Shown: piece after piece, positions 1 through 13,440 of the stretch
Layout: every line of letters starts with the position of its first letter
Numbering within the stretch: position 1 is the first letter of the stretch
Source: Sminthopsis crassicaudata
Taxonomy: Eukaryota
Direction of reading: 5' to 3'
Length of the DNA: 64,000 nt
Assembly (NCBI RefSeq): GCF_048593235.1
Contig: NC_133622.1
Coordinates: 246,144,055-246,208,054, forward strand
Translations under genes and position numbers: made by a program
The notes under the pieces: generated by a model
The model's database searches: none
The model's input: the letters and a program-made list of their open reading frames with translations, nothing else
What the model was told of the DNA's origin: nothing

Positions 1-1130
1 AATCCTTAGATTGTCTCTCCTAGATCTATTATCCAGATCAGTTGTTTTTCCTAGGAAGTATTTCCTATTTTTTTCCTATTTTTTCATTTTTTGGTTTTGT
101 TTGATTCTTGAAGTCTTAATGAGTCATTCACTTTAATTTGTTCAGTTCTAATTTTTAGTGTATTATCTTTTTCAGTTATCCTTTTAAGCTCCTTTTGTAT
201 TTGGCCAGTTGAATTGTTTTGTTCATTGTATTTTTTTTCCATTTCGCAAATTTTGTTTTTCACTGAATTGGTATCTTTTTCATATTTATTTTGTAAGGAG
301 TTATATGATTTTTCCATTTCATCAAATCTATTTTGTAAGGAATTATATACTTTTCCCATCCCTTCTTGCAAAAATTTCATTTTCTTCCCCCAATTTTCTT
401 CTAACTCTCTTTTAAGATGCTTTATGAAATTTCCCCCCAAAAGCCTTGTGAAATAGGGTCCAGCTCATGTCTCCCTTTGGGCTTCATCTGGAGTTGATTT
501 GCCTTTAGGAACCTCAGGATTTGAAATCTGTTCTTTCTCTCCATAAAAGCTGTCTATTATGAGAGCTCTTTTTTTTTTTTTTTTTTTTGTTCATTTTTTT
601 TTAAGGCTTGAAGTCTGCTATTAATGAGAAGGAGTGACAGTTGCTTTAGTTTGCCCTGGGGCAGTTCTGCTGCTTGACTTCAGGTGCTGGGTAATTGCAG
701 CTAGGTCCCACATTCTTCCAGGGCTCAGTGGTTTACAAATTGCCTTTTGTAGCAAATCTGTCAAACCATCTGTTTCCAACCAGAACAAAGTAGCCTAAGG
801 CTCAGAAGATTTCCAGGTGTGTGGAATACTCTGATTTCCTACCCCAGCTTCTTGCTCCAGTCTCCTTGTGCTGCGGTCTGGGCTTGGCAGACTGTCCCCC
901 TGTCTGGTTGAAACAGACCTATTCTAAAGTTCTTCCAAGGTATCTTCTCCTGGAAATGTGTAGTACTCCAAATATTTTTGCTTTTTTTGACTCGAAAACC
1001 AATTTAGAGCCTTAATCTGCTGTTGGTTTGAGAAAAAGTCAGAGAAGTTCAAAGAAAGTTGTGCCTGCTCACTACCATCTTGGCTTCCTCTCCTCCCATT
1101 CCAAGTCATCGCACATTCTTGCTGTTTTGT
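1..1130 (-). mobile_element. L1 (LINE-1) 5' portion: 5' UTR plus frameshifted ORF1 remnant
   Basis: ORF 84..440 is a heptad-rich coiled-coil sequence. Reverse complement of 1..60 reads YFLGKTTDLDNRSRRDNLRI, matching the L1 ORF1p LENRSRRNNLRI motif in another frame. The left end runs off the window. Confidence 0.85.
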
Positions 1131-2060
1131 GAACAATGTATTCCTGATTCTGTTTGTTTCACTTGCATTAGTCTGTGTAAATCCTTCCAGGCCTTTTAAA
1201 TATCAGTTTGTTCTTCATTTTTTTTATAGAACAATAATATTACATTATCTTCATATACCATAACTTATCCAGCCATTTCCCAATTGCTAGGCATCTACTA
1301 ATTTTCCAATTCTTTGTTACCCTGAAAAGAGTTGCTAAAAATATCTTTGCACATGTGGGTTCTTTTTCCTTCTTGATGATACAATTCTAGTATTTCCTTG
1401 GGATAGAGACCCGGTGAATCTATTTGTTTTTTAAGGTTTCTAGCAGAACTTCTTTGTGGTGGTAAAGAACTAGAAATTAAGGAGATGCCCATCAGTTGGG
1501 AAATGGCTAAAAAAGTTGAAACATATAATTGTGGTAGGATTCTATTGAGCATAAGAAATGATAAGCACAATAATCTTAGAAAATATATGGAGAGACTTGC
1601 ATGAAATAATGAAGAGCAAAATGAGTAGGAGCAAGAGAACATTGTATATAATAACAGCAATATTGCTTTAAGAATAACTGTGATGGAATAAGTTGTTTTG
1701 TCTATTATAAATGCCCAATTACTATAAAAGACATAAGAAGAAAGAATCTAGAGAAAGAACTAATAAATAGAAATATGCATTAGATAACTTTATATGCACA
1801 CACATATATAAACATACGTATATATGTGTACATACACATATATATTATTTGTGTCTAATGTTAGCCATTACTGGGTGGAAGAAAGAGAGAAAAAAAGGGA
1901 AAAAGACATTTATATGATAATTTTGTTGTATATTTAAAAGAAATAATAAGTTATGTATAATGGATTTGAAGTTTCATGAGCCATCATCTTTTTATTTTAC
2001 TACATTATGGAAGGGTTTGTTTTACTCTTTAAATTAAAAATAAAACGAATTTTTATAAGA
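1130..2060. mobile_element. Two decayed L1 ORF2-3'/3'UTR fragments in opposite orientation (about 1130-1415 minus, 1420-2060 plus)
   Basis: Both resemble the L1 3' sequence at 62800-63120 (gatgcccatcagttgggaaatggct-type motifs). Boundaries are approximate. Confidence 0.65.
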
Positions 2061-3321
2061 GAGAATGAACAATGAGGACCCCTAGACAAATATTCCTAGA
2101 TTTATCCCTGAACTTATCTTGACATTCTTTCATATTCTGAAAACAATTTAAAGAAAAGGATCCATCTCCATCTAATCCACTTAAAGTGAACATATTGGGC
2201 TGAAATTCACCTAGATTAGATTCTCTTAAACTTTTATCAGAAATAAGCTTTCCCAGTTGAGTGGGATCCTAATCAGGATTGAGGAGAATATCTCATTGTC
2301 AGCTAAGTCCTTCACAAGCATTGGTTTTGTTTTAAGGAAGTAAAAAGAGGAACTTTGGAGCCCATATATAACCATGGTTATTAATACAATAAGAAAATGA
2401 TAATTTTTTTCAAACTGGTGTATGAAACAGTTGATACATCTACTAAGCTCTTGGCCACTAGTTTAAAACTTTGCCATCAAATGGAGCTATCTAATCCCAG
2501 TTCTGCCATGAACAAACAAGTTGACTTATCTTTTCTGTGCCTGCATTTTCCCCTCTATGAAAAGAAGTTTGAAATTGGCTAGTTCATGCATGTGAATTTA
2601 TATTTCCCAATTAGACTCAAAGGTTGTTCATGAGTCACTTTATCAAACAACTCAATTTTCCTGGTACCTTTCCTGTGGAAAAATGTCTATATGAACAAAA
2701 AATATCAAGTTGTTGTTTTTCCATATAGCATTTATTTAAATTTTAACCTTTCCTATGTGGAGATAATCTTTTCAAAATCAAATATTTTCTCAGATGACAA
2801 GCCTTCCACAGAACATATCTTCTTAATTCTCTCCCTTCATAAAAAAGAACAATTTAATTTAAATAGCTTTAATGCTTCTGATGACTACATTACAATTCAT
2901 ATTTTCTGGATTATTTTTTATGTTTTTGCCTTAATTTTCACAATTCTATTTCATTATGTAATAGACTGAGGCAGGTTTTCCTAGTGTTGGCATTTATTTC
3001 TTATTTTATATTGGAGATAATGGGAAAATTACTATTTCTTTTTTCAAACTTAAAATCATAGATTTTTAAGTGCAAAGGTGCTTCCAGAATAGTTATGTTA
3101 TTTCAAACTCATCATTTTACACATGAAAAACTGTAGCTTAAAACATTTAGATGAATTGTATAGGTCACAGAGGTACTACTATGTGGTAGAGATAGAATTT
3201 AATACTGGTTATCTCCAAACCCCCTTGACATCTGAATTCTGAGATGTGATTTTTTTTTTTTTGGCTTTATATTGCCTTTTACAATGCTACCCCACCATTT
3301 CCTGGATCTTTTCTTATATAT

Positions 3322-3323
<2 letters not shown>

Positions 3324-3363
<40 letters not shown>
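3324..3363. repeat. (TG)n microsatellite
   Basis: Uninterrupted TG run seen directly. Confidence 0.98.
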
Positions 3364-3364
<1 letters not shown>

Positions 3365-3426
3365 TGTGTACACACACTTTTTCTGCCATTCCCTGCCCCT
3401 TTCTATACCAGTTTTTTGATTTATCT

Positions 3427-3834
3427 NNNNNNNNNNNNNNNNNNNNNNNNNNNNNNNNNNNNNNNNNNNNNNNNNNNNNNNNNNNNNNNNNNNNNNNNNN
3501 NNNNNNNNNNNNNNNNNNNNNNNNNNNNNNNNNNNNNNNNNNNNNNNNNNNNNNNNNNNNNNNNNNNNNNNNNNNNNNNNNNNNNNNNNNNNNNNNNNNN
3601 NNNNNNNNNNNNNNNNNNNNNNNNNNNNNNNNNNNNNNNNNNNNNNNNNNNNNNNNNNNNNNNNNNNNNNNNNNNNNNNNNNNNNNNNNNNNNNNNNNNN
3701 NNNNNNNNNNNNNNNNNNNNNNNNNNNNNNNNNNNNNNNNNNNNNNNNNNNNNNNNNNNNNNNNNNNNNNNNNNNNNNNNNNNNNNNNNNNNNNNNNNNN
3801 NNNNNNNNNNNNNNNNNNNNNNNNNNNNNNNNNN
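3427..3834. other. Assembly gap (N run); other gaps at 5463-5606, 6045-6182, 20494-20641, 34942-35073, 51999-52211
   Basis: Runs of N seen directly. Confidence 0.99.
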
Positions 3835-3901
3835 CAAGTGACTTGCCCGGGGTCACACAGCTAGGAAAATATTAAGTTTCAGAGACCAGATTTGAACTCA
3901 G
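3835..3901 (-). mobile_element. CORE-SINE (WSINE1/Mar1-like) fragment truncated by the gap
   Basis: caagtgacttgcccggggtcacacagctagga...gatttgaactc matches the SINE at 41914-42054. Confidence 0.75.
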
Positions 3902-3904
3902 TTA

Positions 3905-5462
3905 TGTACAAATATATATATTTCACTTAACAGGGAAAGGAGAGAATAAAGAAAAATGAATTTTATATTAAAGCTTTTTATTTTCAAAATACACGATATT
4001 TGTGGAAACATATAGAGAGGAATTGCACATGTTTAATATATATATTGGATCACTTGCCTGCCTAGGGTGGGGTTAGGGAAAAGAGAGAGAAAAAAAATCA
4101 GACACAAGGTTTTGTAAGGGTGAATGTTGAAAATTATTCACACACACACACATATATAAAATAAAAAGCTTTAATTAAAGGATTGTGATTATCTCAAATT
4201 GAAAGGTTTTTATATACAAATATAATTAGAATTAAAAGGGAAACAAGTAAGGAAGAAAAAATGTTTGTTTTTAACAAATTTTAACATCCAAAACATAAAG
4301 TGAACTGATTCAAATTATATTAAGAGCCACCCACAAAAAGATAAATCAGCAAAAGATAGAAATCGGCAACATTCAAATGAAGACAGTGAAATTGTGGGCA
4401 ATGACATAAAAAATAATGACAGCAATCCATACTCAACTCTGACTTTATCTCATGTATGTTAGCCTGAGAAATTTTTTTAAAGGAAAATTGTAATTGTTGA
4501 AGGTGCTATGGTAGTAAAAACACACTAACTTGATAGAATCAATTGATTCAACTTTGAATTATCTCATTCTTTAACAGACAATAGCAAGGTTTTGGCCCAA
4601 GTTAGAACACAACAAGAAAAGAAGGAAAGGTGGGTGACTCAAGGGGAAGACATATGCACAGAAATATTTATAGAGGCACTTTTTGTTATTAGAAAAAAGT
4701 GAATAGTCATCAATTGAGGAATGGATAGATAAAATATGGCATATGATTATGTGGAATATTAGGCTTATATGAAATAATGAAAGGTGGATTCAGACAAATC
4801 TGAGATGATTTGTATGAACCAAAGCAGAAAAAAATTAGCAGAAAAAGGAGAACACAATGCTGTTTGTCACATGACAAGATTAAATGATTGTGAAATACAT
4901 AACCATTCAATTTAGCCAGCCAAGATAGTGGAGGAAAAGTAAGAACTTGCATGAGTTCTCCTTCCATCCCTTTCAAATCCCTTTAATAATGAATCTTAAA
5001 TAAATTCTCATGTAGTAGAACCCACCAAAAGATAGATTGAAACAGTTTTCTAGCCCAACACAGCTTATAAGGTAAAAAGGAAAGGTCTGTTGCATCAGAG
5101 TGAAAGTCCAGGGCAGGCTGGGCCTCCAAGACCAGGTCTTATCAAACGAGGGAACAAACCTTGTGGAGGCTGAATCATTGGCGACAGGGGAGTTTTTAAA
5201 CCTTTCAGCCTATGGGTGCTTGTACTTGGATCTGAGTGGCAGTCCTGGGCCTTGTCCCAGAGTGAGGAAGAGTACTAATATAGCAGAGCTTGAGGCTGCA
5301 GGAGAGCAGGAACCCTGGATATATTTCTAGGGTTAAAAAGAATTCTTGTGATTTCTCATAACCAGTGCATCATACAGGAGAGTAAAAAAACATACCCCTC
5401 TCTAGCTCATACCACCTTGGAAGAGTCAAAAATTTATAAAATCCCAAAAGTATTCTGAAAAC
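3905..5462 (+). mobile_element. Patchwork of old L1 3' UTR, ORF2 and 5' UTR remnants
   Basis: Similar to L1 pieces at 35600-35900, 60540-60670 and 20880-21170. No intact ORF. Confidence 0.5.
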
Positions 5463-6445
5463 NNNNNNNNNNNNNNNNNNNNNNNNNNNNNNNNNNNNNN
5501 NNNNNNNNNNNNNNNNNNNNNNNNNNNNNNNNNNNNNNNNNNNNNNNNNNNNNNNNNNNNNNNNNNNNNNNNNNNNNNNNNNNNNNNNNNNNNNNNNNNN
5601 NNNNNNTCATTTAATCTTGGATTGGATAGCTACTAGTTGATTGATACTGGGGAGATCATAGGAACACTAAGATTCTCTCTCCTAATCTGAGAAATACAAA
5701 TCAGTTTCTCTCTGTATCAAAAAAATTATTGTAAGGTAATCATTTTGGAAATTTGGAAATAACATATACATTGGAGATTGTATATTCAATTATTCAAAAT
5801 GTGATTTGTACTTTAGGGAATAAAACTTTTTATTTTGGTACAGTATATTAGGTCATTAAATAATATTGAACTGCTTATCTTATACATGTATACTAGCATA
5901 TGACATGTATACACGTATCTGGGTTTGTTATTATTATAGCAGCTATAAGCTCAAATAAGACTTTAGGGACAGCATATATGTGTATGAATACATATATCTT
6001 TAAATCTAAATGTATATCCATATATTTATTTATATATATCTGTANNNNNNNNNNNNNNNNNNNNNNNNNNNNNNNNNNNNNNNNNNNNNNNNNNNNNNNN
6101 NNNNNNNNNNNNNNNNNNNNNNNNNNNNNNNNNNNNNNNNNNNNNNNNNNNNNNNNNNNNNNNNNNNNNNNNNNNNNNNNNNCTTTTGCTATGGCTGAAA
6201 TATGAATTTTTTTTAAACATCTGATAGATTTGATAGATTTTATCATTTTATTTCTTAGATTATATGTTTCTTGAAAGTAGGGTTAGTTTTTTTGCCTCTT
6301 ATTGTATGCCCAACATTTATTAGTTATTTATTATTAATAATTATTAACACTATAGGAAAACATAATTAGTATAAAATAAATTTAGTTGGACTTCATTGTG
6401 GATAAAATTAAGGATTATATGGAAAACTCTTATGGATTTTCAAGA

Positions 6446-6552
6446 CCCCAAGGACTTGACATGGAAATGCAATGTTTTAATAAGACTAATGAAAAAAAGT
6501 CAATTTTCTTGTTTATGAAAGACACCACTCTGTAGTTAATTATACTCAAGAG
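6446..6552 (+). promoter_or_regulatory. Candidate OR promoter module for OR gene 1 (O/E site, homeodomain site, HD-O/E composite)
   Basis: CCCCAAGGA (6446-6454, fits YYYCARRRR), TTTTAATAA (6475-6483), TAATTA-T-ACTCAAGAG (6537-6552). Same order and spacing as the copies upstream of the other ORs. Confidence 0.6.
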
Positions 6553-7729
6553 AAGGACCAAAGAACCCATAGTTACTAAGGAGGTAATGTGTCCCCCTTG
6601 GCTTATCTGGATAACTTATGAATCTTTTTTTTTTCCAGATACTTCTAAGGAATGTATTTTATCATGATTAGCAACACTATTTCAGTGAAACCATCAGGAT
6701 CACATATTATTACTTTCATTATTTCTCTCCTCTTATTCTTCCAGAGAGGAGTGAAGAAAGGAGATTCAATCATATTTCTACCATGCTAAGACCCAAATCA
6801 AGACTTTGGAGAAAGAAGAAACCCTCCATGTTATCTAATCATATGTTTTTTCTCTTTTATTTCTTTTTGACTGGTTAGGTTACAAGTTTGATCCTCAACG
6901 AGTTATTAATTTCCGAAGAGAAAGGATGATAATGTAGAAAGTGTGCTGGACTTCAGTTAAGAAGACGAACACATGAAATTTGTCTCCAGTAGTGATTTCC
7001 TATGTGATCCAAGGTAAGTCAACTTTTCTAAAATAAAGAAAATCCCATTGTGTATATCTCAAAGTGTTGACTTAGATATCTTGAATATGAGGCTTTTTAA
7101 AAGTTGTATGAATATCAAGATATTAGTAAATGTCAATTATTAATATTACCACTACATCATCATTATCAACATCATCATCATCTTCATCATAAATTCAAAA
7201 TATTCTTGACTTTTTTTTTGTCTGTGACCCTAATGCCTTATGCAGTCTACTGAAACCTGGGACTATGAAGGACAAAAATTGAATTGAAATATTATCTGTC
7301 CATTGATCATTTATTTATTTACCACCTTATACATTTAACTATCTATCTTAAATAGATATACAGATATAATCCTTAAATAGAATATAGAAGTCATCTTTGA
7401 GCACTTGAACTTCAAGAGAATGGCAGTTGTTGCTAGCTCTGTAAATCTCAGTACAAAGGAGAATTCTATTGTCTGCGAAAAGTAAATGGGTATTTGGGAC
7501 CTTTTTACCAGGAAAGCATAAAAACTGTACAATGAATTTTGACTAATTATTATCTTATGTGGTGATAAAGCAGGGCTCTGAAAATCTCTGGTTTGAAGAA
7601 AAAAAAGATCATTTTAAGCATAAGAGCATTTGAGAAATGAATTGAGCAAAGGGAAGGGATATTAAACAAGTCAGATCTAAAGTATCTAATTTCTCTGAAC
7701 TTTAAAAATATGAAAAAGTTATTGAAGCA

Positions 7730-7990
7730 ATCAACCAATAAATATTTACTAAGTGCCTGCTATATGTCAAGCACTGTTGCAAAGTGCTAGAGATAATAGA
7801 TAATAAAGAAGCAAAAGATACTTTCTTGGGAGCAGCTAAATGGGGTAGTGGATAAAGCACCAGCCCTGGAATCAGGAGTTCAATTTCAGCCTCAGACAGT
7901 TAATACTTCCTATCTATATGGTCCTGAGCAAGGCACTTAATCCCAATTTCTTCCCTAAAAGAACTTAAAATTTAATAGGAGAGACATGGA
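7730..7990. mobile_element. L2/MIR3-type 3' end (minus) interrupted by a WSINE1-like SINE (plus, about 7828-7960)
   Basis: aataaatatttactaagtgcctgctatatgtcaagcactg is an L2-type tail. gggagcagctaaatggggtagtggataaagcaccagccctgga is a tRNA-derived SINE head. Confidence 0.65.
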
Positions 7991-9083
7991 CAAAAATATA
8001 TAGAAAACAGCTATTTCTAGGTAAAATAAAGGATTAATATAGAGAAGGCACTAGAATTAAATGAGTGGAATTACAGCTTATTTATTTATTTACCCTTTCG
8101 AGTTCATAGATATTTTTAAAGAATTTTTTTCCCCATGAAAAGTATATTCTTTGGATTTAGGTGAATAAGGATAAAAAAAATCTAATAAAATAGAACCCAA
8201 AAGCTATCTTTGAGCACTTGAACTCCAAGAGAATAGTTGCTGCTATTAAAAAAAAAAAAACAATGTAAGGTATTGGAAAGACCTAGGAGTTAAAGACACT
8301 GGGTTGTCTTTCTGATCTTTATATTAGCAAATTGTCATTTGCCATGAGACATATTGCTTTCCTGTGGATTCAGTAAAAATATTCAGTAAAAAAATGGTGT
8401 TGACCAAAAAAAAATTTAAGGAGTCATAAAATTTTAAAATTTTTTGTTTTATTCAGTAACTGAGATAGCAGAATTTTGACTATCAATGTGAATTAAGGAG
8501 AAATTTGGATGATTCACAAAATATAGGCCTTGAAAATTAGGAAAAAACATGTAAGTACTAGAATTTGAAATCTATAATGGAATGATTTAAACATCATAAT
8601 ACATTTCATATTTTATTGTAATTTTGATAATTCAATCTATAGGTAATCGCATTTTTACATATTATATTATTATATATGTGTGACATATAATTTTTATTAT
8701 AGTTTATGTTATATATTAAAATATAATAAGTGTTTTTATCTTCTCCCCTTCCTCAGTTTTCTTGCCTGTGTTTTGGAGACCTTCCTCTTTGATGTATTTG
8801 AATTTGTCTTTCCTCATAGTTGCTCTTTGTCTATCTGCCCTGCTGCCATCAGTTTAATGTAGTTTATGACAGTTTCTGTAATATCAGCTGAATTCATGGA
8901 TCAGCATTAGAATCGGCGCCTTCATTTTCAGCATTGCTCCAGCTGTGTACAGAATAGATGGAACCTGGTTCTCTTTGTGAAGTTTTTGAAAGGAGGAGAC
9001 AAGGAATTTCATTTTTCTCATTTCTTTGCTACCCTATTTCGGCTGTACTTTCGATCTCAATAATTTACTGGGAGCTAGCAAGT

Positions 9084-10061
9084 ATGGTCAACTTCACCAT
9101 CATCACAGAATTTCTCCTTGTCAATTTTGCCAGCATTTGGGAGCTACAGGTTCTTTATGCTATGTTTTTCATTCTGATTTATCTATCAACTTTGATGGGG
9201 AATTTCCTCACCATTATTGCTATTATCACTGACCAACACCTTCATGCTCCAATGTACTTTTTTCTAAGTAATTTATCCCTGTTGGATATGTGTTACATAT
9301 CAGTCACTCTTCCCAAATTCATTGTTAATACCCTGATAGACACTCCATCCATCTCCCTCCTGGGATGTATGGCTCAAATATTCTTAATTTTGTTTTTTGG
9401 AGGAGCAGAATTTGCTTTCCTCATGACCATGTCCTATGATTGTTTTGTGGCCATCTGCTACCCCCTGCACTATGGGGTCATCATGACACGAGCCCGGTGC
9501 TTTTGGGCAGCAATTGGCTCCTGGTTCACTGGCTTTGTCTATTCTGCCCTACACACAAGTAACATGTTTCGTTTGCCCTTTTCAGGATCCAATGTGATCC
9601 ACCAGTTTTTCTGTGATATACCACAGATATTGCGGATTGCAAACTCCGATGTATACAATACTGAATACCTACTACTTGCCATAAGCTCATGTTTTCTATT
9701 ATTGTGCTTTGTCCTTTTAATTATATCATATGCTCACATCTTCTCTAGTGTACTCAAGATCCCCTCCATGGAAGGACGCTACAAAGCCTTATCTACATGT
9801 TCCCCTCACTTGATTGTCCTTCTCTTATTTCTCCTTTCTATAATTATTTCAGTCTTGGGGCCGACATCAGACAGCTCACCGGTTCAGAACCTTCTTATTG
9901 CCATGGCTTACACAGTACTGCCCCCATTCATGAACCCTATCATTTATAGCTTGAGAAACCAGAAGATCAAAGTTGTGTTGATTAGGATAATCCGAATGGC
10001 TTTATTTCCCAAGAAGGATGTGTCTAGCCCTAAGAAAATTAAGAGGACAAAGAATGTATAG
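9084..10061 (+). CDS. Olfactory receptor, family 14-like (OR gene 1), 325 aa, with R-to-C in the DRY-equivalent motif
   Basis: OR motifs GN, LHAPMYFFLSNLS, MSYDCFVAICYPLHY, FFCDIP, KALSTCSPHL, PPFMNPIIYSLRN. Start placed at MVNFT (ATG 9084) by homology to the paralogs; the frame is open from 8958. Confidence 0.93.
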   Translation: MVNFTIITEFLLVNFASIWELQVLYAMFFILIYLSTLMGNFLTIIAIITDQHLHAPMYFFLSNLSLLDMCYISVTLPKFIVNTLIDTPSISLLGCMAQIFLILFFGGAEFAFLMTMSYDCFVAICYPLHYGVIMTRARCFWAAIGSWFTGFVYSALHTSNMFRLPFSGSNVIHQFFCDIPQILRIANSDVYNTEYLLLAISSCFLLLCFVLLIISYAHIFSSVLKIPSMEGRYKALSTCSPHLIVLLLFLLSIIISVLGPTSDSSPVQNLLIAMAYTVLPPFMNPIIYSLRNQKIKVVLIRIIRMALFPKKDVSSPKKIKRTKNV

Positions 10062-10329
10062 CTAGGGTATTGAATATGCAAAAAGGCACAACAGCTAGAC
10101 TTAAAAAATGAAAAAATGAACCTGTCAGTCATTTCTTCCCTTTGATTCACAAAAGAAGTATAAGAATATCCTCAAAAATCAAAGCTAAGACAATTAATGC
10201 ATGGAAATGAATGACTGAACCATTTTTAAAGATCTAAATATGTAATAGGTGATGATATCTATAAATTAATCCATCCAAACATGAACCCATTTTGCTTTAA
10301 TGCTATAAGTAGAGACCTGGGAATTTACT

Positions 10330-13041
10330 GGAAATAGTGGATTCCCATCATATGGAGAATGAATGAACAAATTGGCATATTATATAATGGGCTATTATTG
10401 GTCTCTTTAAACATGAAAGAGAGAATAATAGAAACCTGAGATAACTGATGCACAGAGAATTGAACAGAACTGGGAGCACCATCTAGCAATGACTGTAGCA
10501 TTAAAAAGGAAAAGAGTAAGAAAGACAATTGTTTGATGCAATGACCAAGTATGACTCCAAATGGCTGATGAAGAAGCTTGCTAATTAGATAGATGATGGA
10601 CTTTAAAGATAGAGAATTAATCCTGTATTTCCAGGCATAGACAATGTGTAGATATGATTTTATTTTTCATTCTTTCTTTTTTTTGAGTAAATTTTAAAAT
10701 TTATTTTAAATGTAAACGTAAAACAAGAAAGAAATAAAAAAGAAAGCATCGTCATATAGCAGAACATGAGAAGATTCAATATAAAACAAATTTCCATTTC
10801 AAGAAAAACTATATTAAAATGTTACACATTGTTTTGGAAACTGTCCAACTTTTTTGTTATGTTTATTTTTTTCTTTTCTTCTTTACTATTCACTTTCTTC
10901 TTTATTTTTCCTTTCTTCTCCACTACCTCCCCACCTTAAAAAAGATAACAATTAAGTGTATATGTACATACATGTATAGATTTAGATATACGTAAACATA
11001 TACACATATATATTCATACAGATAAATGTAAGATTATGCTATGCTTATTTCTATTTGTCATCTGTTCCTCTGAAGATTGATAGCATTTTCTTCATAAATT
11101 ACATATATATGTTCTCTTTGTGAATTTTTGCTCATATTTATTGATGTCTCACAAGACAAGAATGATTATTTAAAAATAAAAATAAGTTTAAAGGTCCATA
11201 CTTCTTTTCTTGTTTCCATTAAAAGTGAAATACCCTTTGTGACTGGCGGCATTTTGTGCATATAATAATTGGGGCAATATAAGTGTCAGGTCATGAAAAC
11301 CTTGGTCCAACATGACTGAAATGAAGAAAAAATGAAGGGCCCATTTTCTTTCCCAAAACTCTGATATAATTATCTTTGCAACTTAATCAATAACCTTTTA
11401 AAGTTTAAATTTCTTCTAATGCTCACAACATTTTTCCAACCCAGGGCAACTTAGATAGATAGAAAAGAGATGTCTGTAGTCACTTTGAGTGAAGAATGGC
11501 TGGGAGTGGGGTAAGATTGTAGGAAGATAGGGATGGGTCTTGTATAGCAGCTACAGAAGTAACAGGAGAAACAGGAATACTCAGTATCTAGGGATGGCAG
11601 AGCAATAGAATACCCTAGTCAGAAAGCTATTTTACAAGATTCACATGTTGGCACTAGGCAGGATTTCGTGCCATTTGGCACTCCTTGAACATATTACACA
11701 GTTCTGGATTGTAATTGGGGGGAACAGAGATGCAGTCACAATTACCAGGAACAGGTGTCATACCTGGATAAGGACCAGAGCACAAAGCCAGAGGGCAGTG
11801 ACCATACTTCTCCTTGGATCACATCACCATGGAAGCACCAAAAAGGTCCCCAAATTGAGCTATAGAAACTTAGATCAGCCATTCCTCCAGAATTGAACAG
11901 AGCTTAAGCCCAACATAAAGTGCAATGTCAAGTAAGAGTCTGGAAAAGGAAGCATACAACCACCACCACCACCACACCACCACACCACAAGTCTGATTAA
12001 AAAGTCTGGAAAAAAATTTATAGTGACAGGAAAATGATCAAAAGCCAAACAGATTTTTGAAAAGGACATAAGATAAAGCAAAAGGGAGGGGAAAACACAA
12101 TGTTAACTGTGAATGGAATGAACTCACTCTTAAAACTGAAATGGAAAGAATAAAAATAAGCAACAAGGTAAGAGAACTCTCACTTTTGCAGGTGATATGA
12201 TGATATACTTAAAGAACCTAAGAGAATCAGCAACAACAATGACAAAACTTATCCGAGATGACAAACTTAACAAAATTTTAGGAAATAAAATTGTTGTTTA
12301 GTTGTACCTGACTCTGTGTCCACATTTCAGGATTTCTTGGCAGAGATACTGTAGTGAATTGCCATTTCCTTCTTTAGCTAATTTTATAGATGAGGAATTC
12401 TCCCTAATTTTAGGCCTGGAAATCTACTCACTATATCACTTAAATGTTCTATAAAATATAAAGTAATAAACTCACACAGATGATCATAATTTCTATATGT
12501 TAGCAACAAATCCAGCAGAGATAGAGAAATTCCATTTAAAATAATTGTAGGCATTGTAAAATACTAGGAAGTCTGCCAAGAGGCACACAGAAACCATACA
12601 AACACAATTACAAAATAATTTTCACATGAATCATATCTAAAGAATTAGAAAAAATATTAATTTTGTGGGTAGGCTAATAAAAGTGATAATTCTACTTAAA
12701 TTAATTTACTTATTCTCTGCCATACCAATCAAACTATCAAAAAATTACAGAGTTAAAAAAAACCAAAATTCATCTGGAATAACAAAAAATTAGCTATATT
12801 AAGGAAATTAATTTGAGAAGACACTACAGCCATTGTTCTTCCTCTGTGGTTGGGCTGAGAGGGTCATGGTGTTACAAATATTGAGAAAGTTCATTTGAAT
12901 ATTCTGTCCACTATGAATCTTTATATTTAGTATTGATGTTACTCAATTTACTATGATACTTTTTAGAAAGAGGTAGTTTTTCTCCAAATCTCTTTTATTT
13001 AGGTTTGTTTTGTTCTTGCTTAATCTGTAATCACCATTGTT

Positions 13042-13075
<34 letters not shown>

Positions 13076-13440
13076 ACATCTGAAGCAGGAAAGATTCTTC
13101 TCCCTTATTTTAATTCTGTGTGTCTCTTGATTTCAAATGTTTTTCTTGTAAACAACATATTGCTGTATTTTGGTTTCTAATCCATTCCGTTTTCTCCTTT
13201 TTTTTTTTTATGGGTGAAGTCATCCCATTCACATTCATAGTTATAATTTCTCTGCATTTCCTTCTATTCTACTTTCTTCTGCTTATACTTCTTTCTCTTT
13301 ATATCCTGTCCTTCTTCTCAAGTCTGTTTTGATTTATTGCCTTTTAAAAAAATCTGCCCTTCCTTTTTATTATCTCCCTCCTCTTTCCTTTTTCCTTTTA
13401 TCCTCCTACTTTCCTGTTTAGCAAAAGAGACCTAAAAAAG
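10330..13440. mobile_element. Mosaic of old L1 fragments (3' UTR, 5' UTR, EN and ORF2 pieces) plus a Mar1/MIR-type SINE at about 12290-12430
   Basis: atgttaactgtgaatggaatgaactca resembles the L1 endonuclease LNVNGLNS coding motif. Boundaries are approximate. Confidence 0.55.

Noticed and set aside
1130-1760. Opposed L1 3' fragments as a functional hairpin
   Set aside because: The arms are highly diverged from each other; ordinary adjacent L1 debris.
3272-3864. Long ORFs spanning N runs (also 5893-6246, 20447-20698, 34922-35169, 51934-52319)
   Set aside because: Artefacts of assembly gaps and microsatellites.
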